A stretch of DNA of 64,000 nt from Marsupella aquatica (lineage: Eukaryota; Plantae; Marchantiophyta). The position numbers and the translations under genes were made by a program. Positions 1-14,037 of this stretch are shown piece after piece (positions within the stretch are counted from its first letter, which is position 1; every line of letters begins with the position of its first letter). The stretch lies in assembly GCA_973895155.1 (NCBI GenBank), contig OZ316897.1, forward strand, positions 2,557,416 to 2,621,415, written 5' to 3'. The notes below the pieces were generated by a model, which made no database searches, had not been told where the DNA came from, and was given only the letters and a program-made list of their open reading frames with translations.

Positions 1-85
1 AGTGCAGAAGATAAGATATTGCAAAGAAAGCAACCAGCAGCTCCTTACACACACCCTAGGCTGAGGAAAGATTAACGAGCCCAAC

Positions 86-1308
86 CTTGCCCAAAATGAA
101 TTCTTAGCACGAGCCAGAGTGCGCCCAGGTCCCATTACTGCCACATTCGTCGCCATAGGCATTTTGCCTTCCCCCACAGCATTGTAATTTGAGGCGTGTA
201 CATACACCTCGCAAGCAGATGGTGTCTGTGATGTGATCAAAAGACTTTTCAGAGGACGTCCCTTCAACTTGCAGACCAACCTCTAGATATGCACAAGATT
301 ACAGCCAACCATCCATATATTTGATGTACAGTATCTTAGAAACAATGGAAAGAAGGTCATTTGTACCGGAGCAGCTTCAGTCAACCTGTTGTCACAAAGA
401 AGAACAGTTAATGCAATCTCTTCCTCGGCTGTTCTCCGCTGCAGTGCTTCTGCAAGGCCCACCCTAACGGATGGTTGCACCAGGAGCTTGACATCCAGGT
501 CCTGCCGGATTGAGGGATAGAGGTGTGGAGAAGCTGCAGTCAGAAGCTGCAGGGATTCAGTGAGTCGTGCCAGGTGCCTCTCCCACAGCAGTACGCTTGA
601 AGCCCCACCAACTGTCCGGGTTGTAGTATACGCCCCTGTTCGTTACGTACATCGGTGTTAAAATGCTTCACGTCATACAAAATTTCTGTCACCAAAGGCG
701 TGGTGAGAACTTCCGTCACTAGATCGTTCATTTATTGCATTGCGAGACCGCACAACGTAGCATATGCTGTAAGATATGAGAGCAGTACATATTACTTGTC
801 ATTGATCGGTCAAACGAAACTTAAAACTAAGATGATGGACAGTATATCCAATGCGGATTCCAGATTGTTCAAGCTGACGGATCATAATGTAGCAAATTTG
901 GATCTCTGCTGCCACTCAATTGGTGAGAGGCGAGAACACCTAACATTTCTACACACCATCTCCTGACGACGCCTTAGTTTTGCAAATACTTACATACGTC
1001 TCCGGGTCATGGACTAGTTGACAAATACCAAAGGGAGAGGTTACACACTTTTCATACTCTCTGTCCGAGATATGCAAACAAATCAATGATTTACTACGTC
1101 CTAGTCGGCCGCCATAAAGACTACCCTCACGTCATAGACACTTTCTAAGCATCAAAACTCTAGAATTCTTTCCAGTAACGGTGCCCCAATTTGTCGAGCC
1201 ATTTACTGTACCGGGTGCTTTTGATCGAAGGAACGCAGATGCGGGCCCAGGATTAGTCGGTACCACAGCCCCTCCTTTCACCAGCAGGCTCCATCCGTCA
1301 GCAGACAT
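86..1308 (-). CDS. Class IV (D-amino acid aminotransferase-like, PLP-dependent) family protein, At3g54970-like; 3' part lies outside the window
   Basis: Exons 1308-1212, 635-367 and 282-86, joined by GT-AG introns, give an open frame MSADGWSLLVKGGAVV...AFLRSKAP-GAYTTTRTVGGASSVLLWERHLARLTESLQLL...ARAKNSFWAR. GAYTTTRT...WERHxxRL is the N-terminal signature of this plant family. Confidence 0.85.
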
Positions 1309-1766
1309 TTTCGTCCGCACTCTGTTCTTCCCACCGTCTATCGGTCTGTCCACATGACCACTTCCCTACACTCACTAGTTGATCGTCGGAGGTTGAATTG
1401 GCATAGCGTCGCACTAGACAAACAGATGCTGTGTGGGCATTCCGAACAGTACTACCGATTACGGAGGGGAGTTTTCGACCCACTTCTTTGGCTGAGGCGC
1501 TCGAACGCAAAAGTCATTACTGGGCCTCCTTATCGGACCCCACTGTACGCTTTCTCCACTTGTCCCGGATCCGCCATGCTCCCTCACTCTCCCTCACTTC
1601 CTGCTGTGACCGTCTAGACTTCAGACGGGGTGCATCACAGTCAAAAAAAATTTAGAAAGCTTGTAGGCGCTAATTAATAGGGGCAAAATCAAACTCACTA
1701 GTGAAACTCGCGAGTGCTCCCGAAAGAAGGCGAACGAAGGCGACGAACTTTTCTCTGACTACGAGG

Positions 1767-1793
1767 TAGGGTTTTAGGCAGAGGGTTTTAGGG
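1767..1793. promoter_or_regulatory. Telo-box (TAGGGTTT = AAACCCTA) and a second variant upstream of DIM1
   Basis: TAGGGTTT at 1767-1774 and AGGGTTTTAGGG at 1782-1793. Telo-boxes are typical of plant ribosome-biogenesis gene 5' regions. Confidence 0.5.
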
Positions 1794-2015
1794 CAGAATT
1801 ATCACCCCCCTCATAAACAGAACAAATCGAGACACATTGATCTGGAGACGGAAGTCGAGGTGGGACATGAATTTAACGCAGTGATTGATGGTGTGGAGGG
1901 CGTGGCTGCACGGCGGAGGTGGACACAGGCCACACTTGTTTCGAGGCGGAAGAAGCTCCTGCATGAGCCTTAGCAATGGCTGGGTTGGCACGGAGGACAC
2001 ATCGTTGAGAAGTAG

Positions 2016-4121
<2,106 letters not shown>

Positions 4122-5927
4122 TCAGCTTCCACTGTGCAGCTATTTGTAATCAGGTGTTGCAAAGCCATGCGTCAGGACTTTTTTTGCCCAGGTGACATTC
4201 TCTTATGCCGTGACTTTTAGCTCACTAGCCTGAGTACCCATTCCTTGAGCGAAAACAGAGGTGTGTACAGAAAGTACCTTGCAAAAAAAAGAGTCCGGGC
4301 TCGTTCCAGCCATCTCTCCCTTCTCTGTGTTTATTGTGTGTTTATTGATACTTTCATTTTCAGTTATGCCTCCTGAGTCAGGGTCTAGAGGCTCTTCAGT
4401 TATGCCCCTCGAGTTCAAGTCACAGTCTAGACTCTAGGCCTTTAAAGTAGCTTTCACAATGCCCCTGAGTTCAAGTCACAGTCTAGAGTTTTTCTCTCTT
4501 TTTCACTCTAGACCAAAGGCCTTAAAAGTAGCTTTCCATTGTGAATTATTAGTAAGATACACATCTTGTCTCACAGAAGCATTCAGGAATTCCCCAAAAC
4601 AGAATTTAGGCAGACTGAATATATCTCCCACATGCATTCCTTGACAAATTTTCCGCTTGCAAAGAATTGGGCTTCTATTTTTGGATGGCTGGTAGAATTA
4701 TTCTATCTCCAAACTCTATTTGCTATATTTCTTTCAATTGTTTGTGGGGGAAAGACATCTACAGTAGGGCCTGGCAAATTTAAACTCTCGAGTCTAACTA
4801 CCACGAGATGACCAATGAATAAAATATAATTTTGTAAACACTATAATTTGAAATCTTGTTTCTTCTTTCTCACGGTCTATTGATAGAATGTAAACAAAGT
4901 GTGATTCCGTGACAAATTATCGATGTTTTCCCGATGAGATGAACCTGGGATGTTGTTAGCCTGCATTTTTCTATTCTCTAAATGGAATTGTCCCGCCAGA
5001 TTGCACATTCCTTCAAATTTTGGTTGCCATACACCTTGAAATTTAATTGTCTGACTGACTGGCCTAATGATTTTCACTTATGATCATAACTATTTGACTC
5101 AAATTGCTCAGTATCTAGGTACTTTATGCTCGACAATAAAAATCATTTACAATATGCAATATTACAGCACTGGGCTATCACAATTTAAAAATACCTTTTG
5201 TGCCATTTAGCCACAATCCATAGATGTTATTGGAAGCATCATGTTGACTTGGCTTTGGTTAAAACAAGTCCTAAACCTAGTGTGACTTGAATTATTTTGA
5301 AATTCCCATGCTGCACAGTTTCTATGGTTAAAACAACTCCTAACCTAGTGACTTGAATATTCCCATGATGAACAGTTTCTAACGAGAACCCTTCTTTTTT
5401 TCATTTTAGCCACTTTACTTTATTAAAACTGACCAATACTGTTGAACCTGCCAGGCCGGGCCTAACTTCAAATAAGTATAAGCCCCCACCCTCACATGTA
5501 CACCCCAAAACTGGATCCCAAGGGTGGAGAACCCAAAAAGAAGAGGTAAAGCCGATGAAGCAAAATGTACAAAGGACACCCAAAAGGGCAGAGTCCAGGT
5601 CCCAAAACCCCAAGATGGGGTAGTAGTAGTAGTAGGAGAAAGACACACACTCAATAAAGGGTGGAGAAAAACTCCATAACACCTTAAACTCATATGTATT
5701 CGTTCTACACAATACTGCCAATGGGCAAATAGAAAAGCTTTTAGATGGAGGGGTCCAACTTCAACCCAAAAGATGGGGGGAGGGAGACAAGGAGCCAAGA
5801 TCAGAGCCTGCTGGGTACCCTCTACGCCACACACGCAATAAAGAATGAACTGCTGTACGTCCGAGAAAGCCAATCTCCAATGTGCAGGCACTTAAATAAT
5901 GTTGCTGCCAACGGGCGAAAAGGGCCT

Positions 5928-6001
5928 CGCTAGATGGAGGGGTCGAACCTCCGACCTTGCGGTTAACAGCCGCACGCTCTAACCAACTGAGCTAATCCAG
6001 C
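5928..6001 (-). tRNA. tRNA-Asn(GTT)
   Basis: Reverse complement GCTGGATTAGCTCAGTTGGTTAGAGCGTGCGGCTGTTAACCGCAAGGTCGGAGGTTCGACCCCTCCATCTAGCG forms a full cloverleaf with A/B boxes and a downstream T4 terminator. Confidence 0.97.
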
Positions 6002-6189
6002 TGACGCTCCTCGGGTATAAAAAAACCATTTATAACGTTTTTTTTCGGAAATTCTTCACACGAAACAAGTCTTGAAAATCGTCCTGGGTGGTGGGAGCGT
6101 CGAGGTGGGCGCCACGATCTCCAGTCGATCTTCTTACGAATGTTAGAGACTTTTGGAATGTTAATTCTAAAAAGGATCCGCATTGGCCA

Positions 6190-7860
6190 CTTGTGTTCAA
6201 CACTAGTACTTAGTAAGTGCGTGGGAAATTGATTATACACTTCCTCATTGTGTTGTCAGGTCACACCCTTCAGACTTCTCCATACACTGAGCCCTCATAT
6301 TGCACGATTCAACTGGATAAGTGCATGACACTATGATGTAGTTGTTTGCTGCACTTATCAATGAATGCTTCCCTTATGTATACATTGCAGTAATTGATAA
6401 ATGCACACTTGTAGATGAAAATGGACTTACTTATTTATAAAGGAAGTCATAATAATATTAGGGAACTACATGGCTGGCCTGCACAGAGTAAATAATGCAA
6501 CGAACGAAAGGAGCCATACCAAGAGACAGGAAATTCTAAATACTAACGGAGTGTACTGATGTTCGGATACTCTGCCCTTTTTTACCCTAGATTTTGAAGA
6601 GTTTTTTTGCAGGAACTTTTATGTGAGTATTGTGGAAGCCTTATAACTATGACTTTCCCTCAACAGAATTATACTTCCCAAAGCAAAATAAGAGAATATG
6701 AATTCAGAGTAAGCCAAAAATGCCCAAGAGTTCCCAACAACAGTCCATCACAAAGCAAGAGTACATCACAGCAACAACCAAAAACCTAGAAGCCCATGGA
6801 GTCGCAAACTGAAAAGCCTAGCAAAGCTCTGAGGTAGTTTTCATAGGAGGGTCATGAAGAGGAATTTGACTAAGTAGAGACTGTAAAACCAACAACTTCA
6901 CCCCTACAAAGTATAGTGAATGTCTGAGCCCAATGTAATGCATCATACACTTGCTCTCTAAAGAAGGTTGTGAGAAGAGATATTGAGGAAATAAGGGCTA
7001 GGTTCCATGGGCCAAGGTGTACATACTATATTAAATGTATGAGTTTTGACTTAGGAGCAAATGAAAATTCTGGCACTGGGTAACCCTGAAGTTTAAGAGG
7101 GATTGTGAGGGAAAATCATACTGACTCCTTACTAGAGCTGCAATCATATAATTGGCTTGAACATTGACACACTATACTCCTCACTCCCAGCCCCATGGAA
7201 CCTAGCCCTAATGAGGCCTACACTCTACACCAAATGGGCAACTCTTTATACAAAAAATTGCAGAGCCCCATAGGTAACGCTGAAAGACAGAACAGGTGCT
7301 CAAAAATATGTATATCCATCATTGCATATAAAATTGTGAGGTGATAGTATATGGCCCAGTAGGTCACTCCATATCATGGTAAACCTAACTATTATGTTCA
7401 AACTGTTGAATGTATTCCTATATCATCACATTTTGATGTCCAAATTAAGAGGGGGCAAAAAATAATCTAGTGTGTGTAGTGTGGATAAGTGCACTGTGTA
7501 TAACTGCATGTTGTGGGTTACTGCAGGGTGGTCGTGTAGTCACTCAATAATACAACAAATTCCTTTGTAAATGCATGAAAAATGCACCGTTTGTAAGTGC
7601 AAGTTGCCTGTCACTAAACGACATATACATAAGGGCATTTTCCATCTATAAGAGTACAGATGCATTAATCAATGAGTGCAACACAAATGTTAGAAGCATT
7701 TATTGACAAGTGCAACAGACAGCTACACATTATAGTGCCATGCATTGATCCAGTTAAATCCCAGGATGAATCTTGCACTACAAGGATTATGGGTATGAGA
7801 ACATTTGTGGAAGTGCATAAGTGATTTCATAGGCACTTATTGAAAAGTGTAACAGACACA
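6190..7860. repeat. Pair of diverged ~240-bp repeats in inverted orientation (about 6190-6430 and 7630-7860); old foldback/TIR element or two dispersed copies
   Basis: AACTGGATAAGTGCATGACACTATGATGTAG...TGCACTTATCAATGAATGCTTC aligns with the reverse complement of GAAGCATTTATTGACAAGTGCA...ATAGTGCCATGCATTGATCCAGTT. Confidence 0.7.
6995..7208. mobile_element. Tourist-like (PIF/Harbinger) MITE, 214 bp
   Basis: Perfect 17-bp TIRs GGGCTAGGTTCCATGGG / CCCATGGAACCTAGCCC, with a TAA target-site duplication (6992-6994, 7209-7211). Confidence 0.88.
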
Positions 7861-9212
7861 TATGGATGATGTATGGATGATGTATGTTATGCACTTTATC
7901 ATCACGTGCATAATTGCAGGCTTTGGGGTGTCTTCCCTGGAGCCTATACTTAGACACTCTAGTAGGTACTCCAAGTACTCCCCTGCTGTAATCACACATC
8001 AAATTTAATAATACATCAAAATGTCATACCCCCCCTGTTTATCACTGAAGAAACAAACATAGCACAAAACTATCTGGATTGGATCAAGGGACTCCTGTAC
8101 TATAATATGGGAAATAGCGAAATAATGATTAAACACTCCTTATAGGGTTCAAACAACATCACTTTCACTTCATACCATGATAGTAAACATACTCGTTAGC
8201 GGTTTAAAGAAAATAACTATCATGGTATGAAGTGATGTTGTATTACCCATATATGTCATATTTTGAGTGGTTTGACTCGTGCAAAAAGCAGACAGCAGGA
8301 GAAGAAGATTCAGAAGAATGCCATAAAGAGCAGAATCCAACATTCAAGCGGCAAACATTCTCGAACTCGGCTCTGCACCCACATGATTACGTACGTTGTA
8401 CCGGAACTCCGTCCCCTCTGGCTTCCTGCCTCGAAATCTGTTCTGCAGCTGAAAAGAGGTGAAAGAGTGGGCCGCGCGAACTCTGTCAATCCTGTTAACG
8501 GTTTCCCATTCGAGGTCGCGCTTTATTGGCAGAGTGTCTGTTTCGCACTTTCGCGGGACATTGTTCTGTTCATCCCGACCTCTTTATTCCCGGGAAGGAA
8601 GGACGGAAGGGGGATGGAGAGGATGATGATGGAAGAAAGAAGGGAAGCAAGGATGAGTGTAGCTGTGTAGTGAAGGACAGCAGTGAAATCAATTCATAGA
8701 TGGATGGCGTTGCTTCTCAGACGGGCTGGCCGGTCGGACGAGCAGTCAGGCTTTAATGCGGCGCCGCAGCAGCAGAAGGAGGAGCCCATCATCGGCATCA
8801 TCTGAATTCTTTGCGAACGGCAGAATTCAAGCGGGTTTGGTGAGAGGGAGACGGAGTTCTAAAGTTCTTGCTGGTGAATGAGCCAGCAGAGGGGTAAGAG
8901 ACGAAGACGAGTGGGCAGGTGGAGAAGGCAGTTCGGCCTGGAGAATCTGCAGTTCCTATTGTTTGAGATTGCGGGAGGTTGAAGATTCGGCCATGAACAG
9001 TGGTGAATCATGACTAGTTGATTTGATTCCGAGTATTGTTGCTCATCTGTGATTCTCTTGTTGGGAGGGATTGCAATGCGGCGGGTGGATCCTGAGTTCA
9101 ACCAGTGCGTCACATTGCTGGATTTGGCTGGTTGACCGGCTGAGGGTGAGAAGTAGAAGAGGAAGCAGGGGAAGGAGCAAGAGCAGGAGCAAGAGAAAGA
9201 GGAGGAGAAAAA

Positions 9213-11150
9213 ATGGTAGCAGCCGAGGAGGGAATCGTTACTCACAATGCGTTCGTCGCGATGACGAAGGAGAAATGGGAATTCAATCAGTATTGGTACT
9301 CTGCACACACAGTGAATGTGGTCACCAAGGTACAAAAACCAGAATTTAACCATCCATCAAACAGCCAGTCGACCTAATAACTCGATTCAGGGAGGAGTGG
9401 TCTCGATCTGTGGGCAGTCCAGTCCAATCGCATCAAGAGTGGAGAGCACATTGTTTTTTTCGTGCTTGAACTTCCGGAGTAGGTGTGGTGTGCGCAGATC
9501 GGTTTCCATTCTAGTGTAGAAGGGCATGTCTTGGATGAATGACTTGAGAAGATTGGGGGGCTCAAAGATCGGAGAGTAGCGATTGGATGAATCGGAATCC
9601 ATTTAGAGTTTAGATTTATACCGGATGATCATTCGGCGTTGAGAGGTCTGTGTATTCGATGAATTTTAAATCATTGAGGGGAAGTGACTAACAACAGTTC
9701 CAACGCTCTTAATGCACTCCGCATTCTACGAGACCCCACGCGGGATGTTCGCATAGCATAATTTCATATCTGCTTCGTGTGCCAATTTGTGCACGAAAAA
9801 TCACTGCATTCCAATCCACTTCAGCTCCATTTCGGATAATTTCGGAGTTATCATTTCGGAGTTTCAGTAACTTTTCGATATCCAACTTTACAGTATCCGC
9901 CTGTAGAAAACAGGCGCCAAAAGCAAATTTCTCTCCTTAACGTCCGAGGGGATAATCTCAACAGTGTCATGACAAATATCGTCAGGACAATGGATCAAGA
10001 GCATTCACTAAGGATGAGGACATAACGAAGACTTAACTTTCTTGACTAGCAAAACCAGTAGGCTGAGTAAGTTTCTTCAAGGGACTAAATTCGAAGGAGC
10101 TTCTAAACACTAAGGGTTGGGACCGTTGGACTGGTCTGCCTATGTACCTGAAATCCAGTTCTGATGTAATTATCATCTAACAATTCTCACTCGTCATCTA
10201 ATGTTGCATGTGTAGTGGCTCTTGGAGAAAGGAAGCGGATCTGATCAGTAACTTTTAACCGTTATGCTCGGAATTGTTATCATGCAGGAAATCCAAGAGA
10301 ATGCAACTAAAGTGGCATTCCTGTCGACACCTAGTGTGTACTTCTCCTTAAAGGATCAGCAACTTCAGCAGTGCAGCTTCTTCTTCGATGTAAGCTTCTT
10401 CTTCGATCCCACAACTTCATCTATGACTAAAAGCACTACACAGAAAGCTCTAGAGCAAGCAGAAAGCTTGGAGCACAGGACGTACAACAAATTCAAGAAG
10501 ACAGTCAAATGCAAGTTTTTGATTCACTGGTGTCGATTGAAATGTTGCAGCTGGACACGCAGTGGGCTAAATCTCCAAATTTCGTTCGATACGACTACAA
10601 TCAACCCTGTGCAATTGACGAAAGTCTGCACCACGTGTTTGATTGTGTGGTGATTGACCCACCTTTCATCACTTCTGAAGTCTGGGAGAAATATGCCGAA
10701 ACCGCACGTCTTCTCCTCAGTAAGGGAGGTATGAGCAATCCTATCAATGTAGCACCCGTTAGTAAAACATGCACTGCTCTGTCTGCCTAAATCATTTGCG
10801 TCACGTTTGGTAGATCGCCTTTCAGATTAGATTTTATTCAGCAGGGCTTCTTCCTAAAGCTCCGGAGATGTCCCTCTTTTCTCACATTTCATGAAGTTGC
10901 CGTGCAAGTAGTTCAAGTAAATGCAACCTCGACTATTATCAGATGGAGTCTAATAATTAGGGGCTTGTGCATGGATGCAGGTAAGATAATATTGAGTACC
11001 ACAGCTGAAAATGCCGAAATGCTAAAGAAGATGTTACAAGTTGAGCCTCAAGTGTTTCAACCCTCCATCCCACACTTAGTTTACCAATACCTCTTTTACA
11101 CAAATTTCCCTACGAAGTATTTATCAATTCCTAATCCTGAAGTTTCATAA
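9213..11150 (+). CDS. EEF1A lysine methyltransferase 1-like (N6AMT2/Efm5, N6-adenineMlase domain) protein, 188 aa
   Basis: Exons 9213-9329, 10288-10389, 10551-10728 and 10981-11150 total 567 nt in frame. Motifs EKWEFNQYWYS, VAFLSTPSVY, FVRYDYNQP, VVIDPPF and YQYLFYTNF. Confidence 0.88.
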
Positions 11151-12500
11151 TTCTTAGTTTCAGCAAATTATTTTTTAAGGTAAAATAAATGTGTGAGCGT
11201 CCTTTCTAAATCTCTGGTTCCGAAAGTAGCTTGCTTTAAAATTAGTCCTGAACTCCGCGCTCTGGATCTGCGTTCAGAAAATAAATTTACATTGTCAGCT
11301 GGGAATCTCCAGGCCCATTGTCTTACTTATCTCGTACAGTCAGTTCTATAATTATTTTGTTTTTTCATCCTGGATTACAGATTCCTTTGCTGCTTTGTCC
11401 GTACCCTTGAGAGCTCTGTATCTGATCATCATTGCTTTCTCAACGTAGTAAAGACGAGCAGCGCGCAGATCCTTGAAATTTAAAGCCACTTGCGCTCTGC
11501 AAAAGCCAAAATTCACCACAATCTTCATTGTTTGCTACCAAATCTTTCGTATGCAGAAAAGTCATTCTGTCCGTGATTTTCATTCGATGGGCTTTATCTG
11601 TCAGTCGAATCGCATTCATGTGGCCCCAACTTAGCAGCGACTAGACCCCTTAAATTATCAATTCCGTTCATCCCATCCGACAGCAAGCTTAATTACAGAC
11701 AAACACCAACCTTCAATCGTAAAAGTATTACCTTACTCGACTGTTGGAGAGAAGATGCGTTTTTGGGCTAAAAGAAGGATAGTTTGTTGAGCTGTTTTGC
11801 TGAAGGACACCTAGGATATCCATGTACCTTTTAGGAAATTGATTCCTACAATCTAGGATAAAAGGAAATTGTACCTCAGGAGTGTACCTTTTATCCTATA
11901 CTGTATTTAATCTACAGATTCCTACAATCTAGGATAAAAGGTACAATTTTAGCATATCCATGTAGGAATCTCTGACCGTAAATGTACCGATAAATAGAGG
12001 CTGTGTTGTTGATAAAACTAAGACACGCGGTGGGGGCCATGGAAATGAAATAATGTTTACTCCAGCATCCCACCAATCCCACCAATTTGTTCACGTACCC
12101 TGCCACCCTTTGCGAATGTCTTGACTCTACCCTTCACCTGCAGACACGGTTCCTAAGGAAGCCTCAAATGGTGTGGCAGAGATTAATAAAAATCCCTGAC
12201 AGGCAACACAGTCCATCCTCTGCAAACCTTACACACAATGGCCATGTCATGGATCTCAAACTGTGGGGAGCTACTATTATCTTAGCAACCCAACAGCCAC
12301 AAACTTGAATCAGCAAAGCCGAGCTACTAAGCTGACTAATACCTGATGAGCCATGGTTGCCGATGATCCGTTCACACAACGGTGATTTGCACTGAGCTCG
12401 ACTACCTTACCCTTTTGCACACCAGTTCAACTTTCGACTACTCTCCTTAAAGCTTTACACTTTGGGTCACTAACGGGCAACACTCATGTCCAATTCCCCC

Positions 12501-12709
12501 TGTCAACTCATTGGAATGGCCTGTGATTTGCTCTGCAGCCCCCTTGGATGCCCTGTTACATGCCCAATTTCCGGATGTCAATTCCTTGGAATGGCGGTGA
12601 TTTGCCCTGCAGCCCCCTTGGATGCCCTGTTACATGCCCAATTTTGGCGTGTCAATTCCTTGCACTGGCCGGTGATTTTCCCTGCAGCTCCCTGGAATGC
12701 CCTGTTACA
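12501..12709. repeat. Three tandem copies of a ~75-bp unit
   Basis: Units start at 12501, 12576 and 12650 (TGTCAAYTC..TGGAATGGC..GTGATTT..CTGCAGCCCCCTTGGATGCCCTGTTACA). Confidence 0.9.
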
Positions 12710-14037
12710 GACAGTTTTCAGCTGAAGCCCTCTCAGAGCTCGGGAATTCATGACATGAATTTAGCACAATACCAGATTTCCTTTTTGGCCATCTCTTCGT
12801 TTCGTCAGGCCCACCATAGCTCATCACATTCTGCCTCGATGCCTTCCAATTTCTAGGCATTTGGTGACTGTTGCCGTGGATGACGATTCTTTTCTCGGCG
12901 TCCTCGTTCAGCTTTTCTTATGGTAAGCTTTGTTTATGTCTCATTATTTGTTGTCGTGATTTTGTAAAGGATCTGGTCGAGAACGCGCAAGCTTTGTTTC
13001 CTCTTGAATGGGTTTTGTCGATCCCGATGTCCATCGTTTGCTCGCAAGTCTTCTTCGACCGTTTGAGTCTAAAGAAGTGCTCATTTCGTTTGAATTGGGA
13101 ATCTTAAGGTCCTAATTACACGTGCAAGGCTTCGATCATTGTCAGTTTCCTGTCTTGATGCGACTGTCGTGGGATTCGTCCGCAGAAATAGAATTCGATA
13201 GATAACCATTCCGTCTTTTCAATGAGGCGTCAACCGTTGTCTTCAAGGGTATTTCCGTGGGGTTCATTTGAAGGAATTGAGTTCGAGGGAAAATCAGATA
13301 TAAAAGACGACTAAACGCCGATTCTCTCAATTTCGCACCAATGGAATCCCAATTTCGCTACAAAGACGCACAATTGTGGGCCGATGGCGCCTTTCTTTAC
13401 TTCCTTCCGAATTGATCGCAGTTGCAGTTCTGCTGCTCGTGGGGTGATTAGCATTGATGCCGTTGTTCTCTATCCCAGACCTGCGTCTATGCAGTCAAGC
13501 ACGAGAAATAGGAATTGCGTTGCCACGATCGCTGCCTCTGATATACCAGCACATGGATATCTTTGCAAGCTGCGTCACTCATCGGACGGATAAACAAGGC
13601 GTCTGCCTCGGAAAAGGTGCCACAATATCACAATTCAATTTGTGATGGTTTTGAGGTTGTCATGACTGAGTTGTTGCTAAAGTATTCATCTCTACCGAAA
13701 AAGTGATGCTGTTTGTCTGCACGTTAATATCTTGCATAGAATTACCTTTGAATTCGAACAATTCCCTCGAGTTCAACTCCTCCTACTGTTTGGTTGTTGT
13801 GAGCCACGACTGTCTCCTTCTAAATGCGTGCATTGGTCTAGGAAGAAGGTCTAGGAAGAAGGTCTAGAAAGAAACCGCAGCAAAGATGTAGGAGTTTGTG
13901 CCAGCCATTGTCTCCCGCCCTAATGGTTTCTCAAATTCTGTGCTTTTCTTATGTAGTGCATGTCTGATGCGGTGACCCGAGAAGTGGTGAAGCTGAAAAG
14001 CCGGCGAAACTTCTGAACAAAGTTCACTTCTCTTGAA

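Noticed and set aside
8640-9212. Small hairpins and ORFs (8263-8670, 8859-9353) upstream of the methyltransferase
   Set aside because: The stems are only 7-8 bp, I recognised no miRNA or snRNA, and the ORFs are low-complexity. This is best read as a purine-rich 5' leader.
9893-9948. U12-like signals (GTATCC, TCCTTAAC, AG) inside methyltransferase intron 1
   Set aside because: The donor lacks the following TT, the span is only 56 nt, the branch site is too close to the AG, and the GT-AG model already gives a complete protein.
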